Shown one piece after another: positions 1-8,815 of a DNA stretch of 64,000 nt (position 1 is the first letter of the stretch; every line of letters starts with the position of its first letter). This DNA is from Bacilli bacterium. GTDB taxonomy: Bacteria; Bacillota_I; Bacilli_A; RF39; UBA660. The notes under the pieces are model-generated. The model made no database searches, was not told the DNA's origin, and was given only the letters and a program-made list of their open reading frames with translations. Both the position numbers and the translations under genes were made by a program. The stretch lies in NCBI GenBank assembly GCA_017513865.1, contig JAFWMN010000006.1:107064-171063 (forward strand), written 5' to 3'.

Positions 1-1
1 T

Positions 2-370
2 TCTCATACCGAATCTGATACGAATGTAACTTACACAGTTACTTTAAGTAAGCCAACAGACTTTTATGAGTTTACTATCACTGTAATAAATGATGGTAAT
101 TTTAATGCTAATTTAACTTCAATCACAATGCCAACACTTACTGCACAACAAGCAAAATATTTGACTCATACTGTTACATATAACGGTACAGATTATAATT
201 CATCTCAAACAGGATTAGCTGTAGCTTTACCTTGTACTTCTGGTTCTAATACTAAAGTTTTAAAGGTTAGAGTTGCTTATATTCAACCTGAGTATAGTAC
301 AGATTTACCAACGACAGCTGATGCAACAGTAACTTTAAATGTAACTCTTCATTACGATCAAGTAGCTTAA
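2..370 (+). CDS. 3' fragment of a secreted beta-rich protein (gene starts upstream of the window). It shares a Thr/Asn-rich 'DFYEF...NDGNF' pattern with the 2605..4167 protein, making it a possible TasA-like / SipW-cognate fibre protein.
   Basis: The frame is open from base 2 to the stop at 368-370. The composition and motifs resemble the downstream secreted protein, and it lies immediately upstream of a SipW-type peptidase. Confidence 0.45.
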   Translation, partial: SHTESDTNVTYTVTLSKPTDFYEFTITVINDGNFNANLTSITMPTLTAQQAKYLTHTVTYNGTDYNSSQTGLAVALPCTSGSNTKVLKVRVAYIQPEYSTDLPTTADATVTLNVTLHYDQVA

Positions 371-418
371 TATGTATTCCATCATTTAGATGGAATATAC
401 CTGTTTAAAGGGGTATTT

Positions 419-1561
419 ATGAAAAAAAATGCGAAAATCATTTATGTTTGTGAGTTAATACTATTTATATATTTAATTTTGTTTGCAGTCTTAATAAATG
501 TAGTATCGCCATTTTTCAAAAGTGTTTCCACAATAGTGATTCTTGTGGTTATACTAGCTTTGTTAATTGCTTTTTTTGGCATGTCAAAAGATAAAAATTA
601 TTTACGAGGAACATCAACTAGGATTGTTATTTCTGGGTTGATGGCTTTCTTTCTAATAATATATGCATTAGGTATTCTTTTAGGATTTAATAAAGGTTAT
701 ATTTATAATGATTTTTTTACTTTAATGAAAAACATAATTTTTATTATATCTTTTACGGTGCTGCTTGAATTAATAAGATATTTAATTGCTAAAAATTCTT
801 TCCAGAATGGTAGATTAATCTTTGTTTTTACTATTTTAAGTGCAATTCTTAATATATTGTTAGAAATAAATATGGGCGTTTTGTCAACGTATGAGGATAA
901 ATTTATTTTTTTGAGTAAAGTTATTTTTCCAGTTGTTGCTGGAGAAGCTTTGTGCAGTTTTATGACAGTTAAAACCGGAATGTTACCTAGTGTTGTATAT
1001 AAATTGGTTATGAATTTATATATTTATATACTTCCTATTGTCCCTGATTTAGGAAATTATATTTATTCCGTTGCCAATATTCTTTTGCCATTTATTTTAT
1101 ATAGTGTTTTAAACAGAATAATTGTGCACTATGATAAAGAAAAAGAGCAATTAAGGAAGATTAATTTAGTTGTTTTTGTGACACCATTAATTATTCTGTT
1201 TTTGATTTTAGTAGCATTAGTTTCTGGAATTTTTAAGCATAGAATAATTGCGGTTGCTTCTAATTCAATGGCACCTACTTATAGACGTGGTGATGCTATT
1301 ATATATGAAAAAGTAGATGTATCAAATTTAGAGGTTGGTCATATATTAGCTTTTAAGCGTGAAGGCCTTATAATAACACATAGAATTACAAAAATATGGA
1401 AACAAAATGGCAAATATTACTTTACGACAAAAGGCGATAATAATAAAGACGTTGACCTTTATACGCCAAAAGAGGAAGATGTCTTAGGAAGGGTTAGGAT
1501 GACTTTTAAATTAATAGGTTATCCAACAGTTATAATAAATGAATATTTTGGAAAGGAGTAG
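419..1561 (+). CDS. Archaeal/ER-type signal peptidase I (SipW-like, S26B) fused to a ~250-aa N-terminal polytopic membrane domain.
   Basis: The C-terminal ~120 aa carry SNSMAPT (catalytic Ser), ITHRI (His) and TKGDNN motifs typical of SipW/Sec11. The N-terminal part has about 7 hydrophobic segments. An RBS (AAAGGGG) precedes the ATG. Confidence 0.75.
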   Translation: MKKNAKIIYVCELILFIYLILFAVLINVVSPFFKSVSTIVILVVILALLIAFFGMSKDKNYLRGTSTRIVISGLMAFFLIIYALGILLGFNKGYIYNDFFTLMKNIIFIISFTVLLELIRYLIAKNSFQNGRLIFVFTILSAILNILLEINMGVLSTYEDKFIFLSKVIFPVVAGEALCSFMTVKTGMLPSVVYKLVMNLYIYILPIVPDLGNYIYSVANILLPFILYSVLNRIIVHYDKEKEQLRKINLVVFVTPLIILFLILVALVSGIFKHRIIAVASNSMAPTYRRGDAIIYEKVDVSNLEVGHILAFKREGLIITHRITKIWKQNGKYYFTTKGDNNKDVDLYTPKEEDVLGRVRMTFKLIGYPTVIINEYFGKE

Positions 1562-1565
1562 AAAA

Positions 1566-2618
1566 ATGAAAAAGTATAAGAAAAATAAGTTTTTTCAGTT
1601 TTTATTTCCTTTCCTTTTTATTATTGGAATAGTTCTTATTTTTTTTGGTTTTAGAGATCGAAAAATTGTTAATTTAAAGTATAAGGAAGATAATAAAATA
1701 AATTATAATGTTTACTTGAAACCTAATAGTTTTTTTGAAACGCCATATTTAGGTGAAAACGAAACATATATTGCTAGTTTGATAGATTATATTGATATTC
1801 ATTTTCATTATGGAATAAAATATGATAAAAAGTTTTCGGGAAACTATAAATATAAATTTGTTGCTTTAGTTAGCGCTAATAAAAAGGATGCGAATGGTCA
1901 TTATTGGCAAAGAGAATATAGTTTAACCGAATTTAAAAATTTTGATGCAGTTAATCAGGATTTTATAGCAATAGATGATAATGTTAAAGTTAATTATGGT
2001 ACCTATAATGATATTTTAAATCAATTTAGAAAAGAATATGATTTAACAACACAGGGCGAATTAAAGGTTATTATGAAGGTAAGCAGTAATTTTCAGTTTA
2101 CCGAAGTAAAAGAACCTGTAGTTGATGATAGTGAACTTAATTTATCAATTCCTTTGTTAGAACAAGCTTTAGAACTTTCTATTAATAAAGATGTTTCTAA
2201 TGAAAGAGATGTTGTTTCTTTTGTTGAGAGTGATAATAGTATAATTTATATTTTCTTTAAAATTTTTGGAACACTTTGTATTATTTTTTCAATTGCTGGC
2301 TTTGTGATTGCTACAAAACGAGCAAGGGAATTTAGAAAAAACAATTTATATACGTTAAAACTTGATAAAATACTTAAAAATTATGACAGCATTATTGCTA
2401 ACGTTAAAAAGCTTCCTAATATTAATGATTTCAAAAAAATAGAAATAAGTAGTTTTGAAGAACTTTTAGATGTTTATAGTGAAGTTAGAATGCCTATAAA
2501 TTGTTATCAAGGAAGATATGAAGCTCTATTTGTTATAATTAATAATGAAACAGCATGGGTTTATAAGTTAAAAAGGTCAGACTTATCTGAAAAGAGTGAT
2601 GACTATGAAGAAGATTAA
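1566..2618 (+). CDS. Bitopic membrane protein of unknown function, with one N-terminal and one C-proximal TM helix, encoded in the SipW operon.
   Basis: An AAGGAG RBS precedes ATG 1566 (the track ORF starts earlier, at 1539). Hydrophobic segments are FFQFLFPFLFIIGIVLIFFGF and IYIFFKIFGTLCIIFSIAGFVIA. It overlaps neighbouring genes in an operon-like way. Confidence 0.55.
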   Translation: MKKYKKNKFFQFLFPFLFIIGIVLIFFGFRDRKIVNLKYKEDNKINYNVYLKPNSFFETPYLGENETYIASLIDYIDIHFHYGIKYDKKFSGNYKYKFVALVSANKKDANGHYWQREYSLTEFKNFDAVNQDFIAIDDNVKVNYGTYNDILNQFRKEYDLTTQGELKVIMKVSSNFQFTEVKEPVVDDSELNLSIPLLEQALELSINKDVSNERDVVSFVESDNSIIYIFFKIFGTLCIIFSIAGFVIATKRAREFRKNNLYTLKLDKILKNYDSIIANVKKLPNINDFKKIEISSFEELLDVYSEVRMPINCYQGRYEALFVIINNETAWVYKLKRSDLSEKSDDYEED

Positions 2619-4167
2619 TTTAAATAATAACGATAAAAAAACTATTAATATTAATATCTTTATGTCGGTATTGATTGTAGTTGTTTTATCGTTTATTTCT
2701 GTTGGTTATGCTTTATATGGTCAGAATTTAAGTGTGAGTGGTAATATTGGTTTTGGTCTTCAGGGTAAGATTGCGATTACTGATGTTACATTAACTTCAT
2801 CTACTAATGTTAGATCCGACAGTATTCCATCTTTTACTGATGATAGTGTTGATTTTAATTTGACTTTTGAAAAAGCTGCTGGGTCAACAGATCCGAATTA
2901 TCAAGCTGTTTATGAAATTACGATTTCTAATGGAACATTTTATGATTTTGAGTTTAATTTAGCAAATTTTCAACCAATTATAACTAATTCTCATGGAATA
3001 AATGTTGATCCGTCTTTTTTATCTACTTCTTTAAGTGGTATAAATATAGGGGATATGATTCCAGCTGGCGAGGATGTTACTTTTACGTTAACTTTGGATT
3101 TTAGACCTGACGTTGACGATACTTATTCAGTTAGTGGTGATATGGAAACAGAATTGGTAGAAGAACCACATGGGAGTCTTTTGGGATCTGTCCCTGAAGG
3201 TGCGCAAGGTGATTTGAAGGAAAGTTTAGGACATGATATTGTCTCTTTTACAGTAACAGTTATTAATTCTTATCAATCAAGTAGAACTTTTAATATAAAT
3301 ATTGCTGATACGAGTCATTTTCAACTTACTAATTCTGATGGTACTCCGCTTAGCAATTTTACAATAGCTGGAGGAACAACAGACACATATACTTTTTATG
3401 TAAAAAGAGTTAATGGAGCAATTTTTGGTGCTTCAAGTTTTACTACAGGAATTTATCTTTCTTATTCAGAAAATTCTAATGTTCCTTGCGGGAACGTTAC
3501 TTTATTTGTTGATGAAACGCAAATTGATGATACGACACCGCCACAAATTAGTGATGTAACTGCTGTTCAAAATAATGCGACAAGTAGCACAACTACTAAT
3601 GATACGGTTGGTTCAGTTACTGTTTCTTGGAACGGCGAAGATGCTGAATCTGGTGTAAAAAAATACTATGTTATTGTGAAAAATTCTAAAGGATCAACAA
3701 CTTATGAAACTACTGACAACACACCATCTTTAACGATTACGGGGCTTATAGATGACAGTAATTATACTTTCAAGGTTTATGGTGAAAACAACGATAATTA
3801 TAAGCCTAACGATAGTCAAATAGCTGTTGATTCGACAAGTCCTGGTGTTTGTTCAATGTCTACATCTTATTCATTTGATTGGCGTTATACAGTTGCATTT
3901 TCATCTGACACAAATAATATGCGAGAGTTGTCAACCACAGCCGTAAATAGGGGATATAATTATACCGTGACTCTTAGAGCCTCTAATAATTATAATCTTC
4001 CTAGTTCATTAAATTATGTAACCATGGGTGGGAATGAAATTACTTCTACCTCTGGGACAGAAACAGGACATTATAAATATACAAGTAGTAGTGGTTCTTT
4101 TAATGTATATGGGGTTACCGGAGATATTGTATTAAAACTAACACCAACAAGAAGTGGTGGATGTTAA
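2605..4167 (+). CDS. Large secreted protein with a SipW-cognate-type N-terminal signal (…ISVGYALYGQNLSVSG…) and a fibronectin-III-like domain. It is a likely SipW substrate or fibre/adhesin subunit.
   Basis: A basic N-terminus and hydrophobic core are followed by a GYAxY motif resembling the TasA/camelysin class. The FN3-like segment is 'TPPQISDVTAV…VSWNGEDAESGVKKYYVIV…YTFKVYGEN'. The start could be 2596 (GTG), 2599 or 2605; the AAAGAG RBS favours 2605. Confidence 0.6.
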   Translation: MKKINLNNNDKKTININIFMSVLIVVVLSFISVGYALYGQNLSVSGNIGFGLQGKIAITDVTLTSSTNVRSDSIPSFTDDSVDFNLTFEKAAGSTDPNYQAVYEITISNGTFYDFEFNLANFQPIITNSHGINVDPSFLSTSLSGINIGDMIPAGEDVTFTLTLDFRPDVDDTYSVSGDMETELVEEPHGSLLGSVPEGAQGDLKESLGHDIVSFTVTVINSYQSSRTFNINIADTSHFQLTNSDGTPLSNFTIAGGTTDTYTFYVKRVNGAIFGASSFTTGIYLSYSENSNVPCGNVTLFVDETQIDDTTPPQISDVTAVQNNATSSTTTNDTVGSVTVSWNGEDAESGVKKYYVIVKNSKGSTTYETTDNTPSLTITGLIDDSNYTFKVYGENNDNYKPNDSQIAVDSTSPGVCSMSTSYSFDWRYTVAFSSDTNNMRELSTTAVNRGYNYTVTLRASNNYNLPSSLNYVTMGGNEITSTSGTETGHYKYTSSSGSFNVYGVTGDIVLKLTPTRSGGC

Positions 4168-4170
4168 TAA

Positions 4171-4204
4171 AAAACACTATTTTTTATGAATAGTGTTTTT
4201 TTTG
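4171..4204. terminator. Bidirectional rho-independent terminator between convergent genes.
   Basis: A perfect 11-bp inverted repeat (AAAACACTATT / AATAGTGTTTT) has a 7-nt loop and is followed by a T-run on the + strand. Confidence 0.7.
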
Positions 4205-4860
4205 ATAATCAAAAAAGCGGTTATTATAAAGAGAAAAATGCTGAAAATTTGGTTTGAGGAAATTAGTTCTTTAATGTGACTATACCTTAGAAAATCTAAG
4301 GAAAATTTAAGGATTGAAATTAAAAGTAAAGTGATATAAGAAATGTTTTTTTTGTTTTTATTTGTATTACAGAAAAGAAATAAAATAAAAAACACGAAAG
4401 ATTCTAATAACTGTATAGGGAATAGGGGAATATTTAATCCATGAGGGTAGGTTACGCTGAAAGGTCCATTATAAGGAATGCCATAGCAACACCCAACAAA
4501 GAAACATCCAATTTTTCCGAAACTATAAATTAGCGGTAATGAAAGAATTGAATATTTAATTATTTTTTTATCTGAAGGATATATTTTTTCATAAATTAAT
4601 GGTGATATGATAACGCCAATTAATCCCCCATATGAGGAAAGACCACATTCTAAAAACTTTTTTTTAAAGCCACTTACAACAAATGTGTAAGTTTTAGCAG
4701 ACATATAGGTGATAATGAAGAAAAATATAAAAAAAAGTAGGATATTTTTTTTAGATATATTTTCATTTTTTAATGCAAAAAAAACATATAAAATGCCAAT
4801 GATAATTGAGAAGGACATCATTATTTTATAAAAAGGAAAAGGAATGTTATGTATTATCAT
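4177..4860 (-). CDS. Lgt-family (prolipoprotein diacylglyceryl transferase-like) paralog, short at 227 aa, with a mutated signature motif.
   Basis: It is colinear with Lgt (YGGLIGVII aligns with Lgt HGGLIGAIL). The Lgt signature GRWGNFxNxEAHG is replaced by GKIGCFFVGCCYG, and the C-terminal region is truncated. Confidence 0.55.
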   Translation of the reverse strand: MIIHNIPFPFYKIMMSFSIIIGILYVFFALKNENISKKNILLFFIFFFIITYMSAKTYTFVVSGFKKKFLECGLSSYGGLIGVIISPLIYEKIYPSDKKIIKYSILSLPLIYSFGKIGCFFVGCCYGIPYNGPFSVTYPHGLNIPLFPIQLLESFVFFILFLFCNTNKNKKNISYITLLLISILKFSLDFLRYSHIKELISSNQIFSIFLFIITAFLIIKKNTIHKK

Positions 4861-5084
4861 ATTATCACAACTTTCTATTTGAATTTTATCACAAAACTAG
4901 TTTTAAAACAATATTTTTTTATAATCGAAATTATGTGTATATTAGCTTTTTTGTGTTGATTATAAGTGATTATTTGTATGTAAACTAGGTTCTTGGAAAT
5001 ATAATTAATATATGATAAAATAGTTTTGATAAAAAGAGGCTATAATGAAATCTGGTTTACCAGTGTAAGAAAAGGAGATATGCG

Positions 5085-5924
5085 ATGATTTTACTAGATG
5101 GAAAAAAAGCCAAAATAAGTATTTTAGAAGAATTAAAAGAGGAATTATTAAAACTTGATAGAAAATTAGGATTAACAGTTATTCAAATTGGTGATGATCC
5201 AGCCAGTAATGTTTATGTTAGGAATAAAGGTAAGATGGCCAATGATTTAAATTATAATTTTAATCATATAAAACTTGATGATGACATTACTGAAGAAGAT
5301 GTTTTAGCTTTAATTAATAAGCTTAATAATGATGATATAGTTGATGGTATTTTAGTTCAAATGCCTATACCTAAACATTTAGATTCTAAAAAAATTCAAA
5401 ACGCGATTATTTCAGTTAAAGATGTTGATGGACTTACTGATATAAATATGGGTAAGCTTGCTCATGGAGTTGATTCTTTGGTCCCTTGTACAGCCATGGG
5501 AATATTAGATTTATTAAGATTTTATAACTTAGATGTTGAAAAGAAAAATGTAGCTATTGTTGGTAGAAGTGATTTAGTTGGTAAACCTTTAGCAAGTTTA
5601 TTAACTAATAATAATGCGACTGTGACTTTGTGTCATTCTAAAACAGAAAATTTAAAAGAACATACGAAACTTGCGGACATATTAGTAGTAGCCGTTGGAA
5701 AACCTAAGTTAATAAATGATGAATATATAAAAGAAGGAGCAGTAGTAGTCGATGTTGGAATAAACCGTACGGAAGAAGGTTTGGTTGGTGATGTCGATTT
5801 CGAAAAGGTTAAAGATAAGGTAAGTTATATTACACCAGTTCCTGGAGGAGTTGGTCAAATGACTGTAGCGGAACTTGGTAAAAACACATATAAAGCACAT
5901 GTGCTTAGAAAGAAAAAATTGTAG
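5085..5924 (+). CDS. folD: Bifunctional methylenetetrahydrofolate dehydrogenase / methenyl-THF cyclohydrolase.
   Basis: Hallmark FolD motifs are present: IQIGDDPASNVYVRNK, VPCTAMGILDLL, GRSDLVGKPLASLL, VGINR, PVPGGVGQMTVAEL. Confidence 0.92.
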   Translation: MILLDGKKAKISILEELKEELLKLDRKLGLTVIQIGDDPASNVYVRNKGKMANDLNYNFNHIKLDDDITEEDVLALINKLNNDDIVDGILVQMPIPKHLDSKKIQNAIISVKDVDGLTDINMGKLAHGVDSLVPCTAMGILDLLRFYNLDVEKKNVAIVGRSDLVGKPLASLLTNNNATVTLCHSKTENLKEHTKLADILVVAVGKPKLINDEYIKEGAVVVDVGINRTEEGLVGDVDFEKVKDKVSYITPVPGGVGQMTVAELGKNTYKAHVLRKKKL

Positions 5925-6063
5925 ATTTATTTAAGATTGAGGATAATAAAAAGGAAAATATTAAGATTGATAAAATTTTAAAATAAGAGAGCAAGATTTT
6001 TAAATCTTGTTTTCTTATGCTATAAATGTTAGAATATTTTTAGTTTTAGAAAGGAGGCTTTCC

Positions 6064-8010
6064 ATGTTTGAACTTGTATCAAATTTTAAACCAACTGGTG
6101 ATCAGCCAGAGGCTATAAAAGAGTTAGTTGATGGTGTGCGTGAAGGGAAAAGGCAGCAGGTCCTAAAAGGGGTTACTGGTTCTGGTAAAACCTTTACAAT
6201 GGCTAATGTTATAAAAGAACTTGGCAAACCTACTTTAGTTTTAGCGCACAATAAGACCTTAGCAGGACAACTTTATGCAGAGTTTAAAGAATTATTTCCA
6301 AACAATCATGTATGTTATTTTGTATCTTATTATGACTATTATCAACCAGAAGCATATGTGGCTAAGACTGACACATATATAGAAAAAGACGCTTCTATTA
6401 ATGATGAAATAGATGAGCTTAGACATTATGCTACGGCATCACTTTTAGCTCATAAAGATGTTATTGTTGTTGCTTCAGTTTCTTGTATTTATGGTATAGG
6501 TGAAATCGAAGATTATAAAGAAAAAGTATTATTTTTAAATGTTGGTGAAAATGTTAATAGAGATAAAATACTTGAAAAATTAGTTGATATGCTTTATGAA
6601 CGAAACAATATTGATTTAAAAAGAGGAACTTTTAGAGTTAGAGGAGATATTTTAGAAATTGTTCCCATAGGACAACATTCACATGGAATTAGAGTTGAGT
6701 TTTTTGGGGACGAAATTGATAGAATTTCAGAGTTTGATTTAGTAACGGGATCATTAATAACTGATAAGAAATCATATACTTTATTTCCTGCAAGTCATTT
6801 TGTAACAAGTGAGGATAAGCTTAACGTCGCTATTGAAAGAATAAAAAATGAACTAGATGAGCAGTTAAATAAATTTAAAAGTGAAAATAAACTTTTAGAG
6901 TATCAAAGATTAAAAGAGAGAACTAATTATGATATAGAAATGCTTAGTGAAACAGGGTTTTGTAGAGGGGTTGAAAATTATTCTAGGCACTTAGCTTTAA
7001 GAGAAGCTGGAGTTGCCCCAACCACTTTAATAGATTTTTTTGGTGATGATTTTTTACTTTTTGTAGATGAATCTCATGTTACATTACCTCAAGTTAAAGC
7101 AATGTATAATGGAGATAGAATGCGTAAGCAAGCGTTAGTTGATTATGGGTTTAGACTTCCTAGTGCTTTAGATAATAGACCGCTTACTTTTTCAGAGTTT
7201 GAAAAAAAATTAGATAACGTTATTTATGTTTCCGCAACACCAGGTGATTATGAAATAGAAAAAAGTTCTAATAGGGTTATTGAGCAAATTATAAGACCAA
7301 CCGGATTACTTGATCCAGAAATAGAGGTTAAACCAACGAAAAATCAAATTGATGATTTGGTTGAGCAAATACATAAGCAAAATGAGAAAAATGAAAGAAC
7401 CTTGATAACTACTTTGACTATTAGAATGGCTGAAGAACTTACGGTTTATCTTAAGGATTTAGATATTAAAGTTGCTTACTTGCACAATGAAATTAAAACT
7501 TTAGAGAGATTGCAAATAATTCATGATTTGCGTAGTGGCAAGTACGACGTAGTTGTAGGAATAAATTTACTTAGAGAAGGAATAGATATACCGGAAGTTA
7601 GCTTAATTGCGATAATGGATGCGGATAAACAAGGGTTTTTAAGAAGTGAACGCAGTTTAATTCAAACAATAGGAAGAGCGGCCAGAAATGCTTCTGGAAG
7701 AGTAATTATGTATGCTGATGAGGTTAGTTCAGCTATGGATGTTGCTATTAAAGAGACAAATAGACGAAGAAAAATTCAAGAAGAATATAATGAAAAGCAT
7801 GGCATTGTTCCTAAGACGATTGTTAAAGCAATTAGAGAAGTTATTTCTAATAATATAGAAATTAAAGAAAAGAAACAAAAGATATCTAAGAAAGATCGCA
7901 ATCTTATGATGATAAATATTGAAAAAGAAATGAAAGAAGCGGCCAAAAATTTAGACTTTGAAAGAGCTATGGAACTTCGTGACATATTATTTGAAATGAA
8001 GAGTGAATAA
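6064..8010 (+). CDS. uvrB: Excinuclease ABC subunit B.
   Basis: The N-terminus is [18 protein letters not shown] with a GVTGSGKTF Walker A, followed by helicase motifs and a C-terminal UvrB/UvrC interaction helix ([11 protein letters not shown]). An AAAGGAGG RBS precedes ATG 6064; the track ORF begins upstream at 6007. Confidence 0.95.
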   Translation: MFELVSNFKPTGDQPEAIKELVDGVREGKRQQVLKGVTGSGKTFTMANVIKELGKPTLVLAHNKTLAGQLYAEFKELFPNNHVCYFVSYYDYYQPEAYVAKTDTYIEKDASINDEIDELRHYATASLLAHKDVIVVASVSCIYGIGEIEDYKEKVLFLNVGENVNRDKILEKLVDMLYERNNIDLKRGTFRVRGDILEIVPIGQHSHGIRVEFFGDEIDRISEFDLVTGSLITDKKSYTLFPASHFVTSEDKLNVAIERIKNELDEQLNKFKSENKLLEYQRLKERTNYDIEMLSETGFCRGVENYSRHLALREAGVAPTTLIDFFGDDFLLFVDESHVTLPQVKAMYNGDRMRKQALVDYGFRLPSALDNRPLTFSEFEKKLDNVIYVSATPGDYEIEKSSNRVIEQIIRPTGLLDPEIEVKPTKNQIDDLVEQIHKQNEKNERTLITTLTIRMAEELTVYLKDLDIKVAYLHNEIKTLERLQIIHDLRSGKYDVVVGINLLREGIDIPEVSLIAIMDADKQGFLRSERSLIQTIGRAARNASGRVIMYADEVSSAMDVAIKETNRRRKIQEEYNEKHGIVPKTIVKAIREVISNNIEIKEKKQKISKKDRNLMMINIEKEMKEAAKNLDFERAMELRDILFEMKSE

Positions 8011-8018
8011 GCCTCAAA

Positions 8019-8046
8019 TTGACAAAAACCCCTAAAATGGTATAAT
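8019..8046 (+). promoter_or_regulatory. Consensus sigma-A promoter (TTGACA, 16-nt spacer, TGgTATAAT) driving the AraC-HTH gene.
   Basis: Read directly from the sequence: 'aaTTGACAaaaacccctaaaatggTATAATttt'. Confidence 0.6.
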
Positions 8047-8081
8047 TTTATTAGCAATTTCTGAAAAGGGGGTTAGAAAAA

Positions 8082-8573
8082 GTGGATGAGAATCTTGTTA
8101 GAGAGATATGTAAATATATTATTAGTAATATAAATGATGATGTATCGCTTTCGTTTATTGCTGAAGAATTTAATTATAATATGTGTCATGTGGCCCGTAA
8201 ATTTAAGGATTATACGGGATTTACGATAACGGAGTTTATTAATGAGTGCCGTGTTTATAATACAATTGATCCTCTTGTTTTTACGGATGACACTATACTT
8301 AATATAGCTTTAATGCATGGTTTTAATAATCAAGAATATTATTCAGAAAAATTTAAAGATGTAATAGGAACATCACCACTTAGATTTAGAAAAGTGTTTT
8401 CTATCTTGACACAGCAGGCTTGTGAAAGTACCGATCTTGACGAATTAAAAACTATAAGAGAAGAATTCGAGAAATTAAAAGAGTATCAAGAATACTTAAA
8501 TGGTGCTTCGCTTGATTTTGTTTCGAAAGAAGAAAAAAGAATGGAAAAACCAAAAATTTTAAAACTACAGTAA
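8082..8573 (+). CDS. Small AraC-family helix-turn-helix protein (HTH domain plus a short tail, no ligand-binding domain).
   Basis: It has a GTG start with an AAAAGGGGG RBS. The AraC-type HTH is 'LSFIAEEFNYNMCHVARKFKDYTGFTITEFINECRV…GFNNQEYYSEKFKDVIGTSPLRFR'. Confidence 0.65.
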   Translation: MDENLVREICKYIISNINDDVSLSFIAEEFNYNMCHVARKFKDYTGFTITEFINECRVYNTIDPLVFTDDTILNIALMHGFNNQEYYSEKFKDVIGTSPLRFRKVFSILTQQACESTDLDELKTIREEFEKLKEYQEYLNGASLDFVSKEEKRMEKPKILKLQ

Positions 8574-8665
8574 TGTAGTTTTTTTGTCAATTTTGTTTAA
8601 AAAATAGTGTGTTTTCTGTGTTATATTTATTGTCAGAAAGGAAACTTTCTAAGGGGGAATATAAA

Positions 8666-8815
8666 ATGGAAACGATTGAAAAATTAAAATTACTAAAAGA
8701 AAAACTTTGTGAACAAGAAAAAGTAGAGAAACCTGCTTCTAAGGAAAAACCTAAAATAAAAAAGATAGGAACATTAAAAGATGGAAGACGACTTTTTGAA
8801 AAATCCCAATCCTAA
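8666..8815 (+). CDS. Small Lys/Glu-rich ORF of 49 aa (METIEKLKLLKEKL…) whose 3' end overlaps the next gene out of frame.
   Basis: A strong RBS (AAGGGGGA) lies 8 nt before ATG 8666, and the product is predicted helical. Its function is unknown. It could instead be a frameshifted leader of the downstream AAA gene. Confidence 0.35.
   Translation: METIEKLKLLKEKLCEQEKVEKPASKEKPKIKKIGTLKDGRRLFEKSQS

Noticed and set aside
4806-4988. A 60-aa ORF in the divergent intergenic region upstream of folD.
   Set aside because: It has no RBS and a low-complexity composition, and it overlaps the 5' end and promoter region of the minus-strand Lgt-like gene.
5709-5900. Minus-strand 63-aa ORF inside folD. The same kind of antisense ORF occurs at 7776-8057, 9162-9380, 14731-14913, 16248-16511, 17916-18164, 20349-20606, 22293-22508, 25706-26032, 28493-28717, 29040-29285, 30417-30680, 32639-32866, 33552-33776, 35313-35624, 36488-36721, 38925-39131, 41619-41828, 44642-44839, 45086-45310, 50474-50707, 53937-54152, 55884-56078 and 59287-59514.
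   Set aside because: Each lies wholly or mostly antisense to a gene with strong family-level motif support. None has an RBS or recognisable motifs, and AT-rich genomes produce long stop-free antisense frames by chance.
8609-8665. An upstream extension (start at 8609) of the small ORF preceding the AAA gene.
   Set aside because: No RBS precedes 8609, whereas ATG 8666 is preceded by a near-perfect AAGGGGG SD. The shorter form is preferred.
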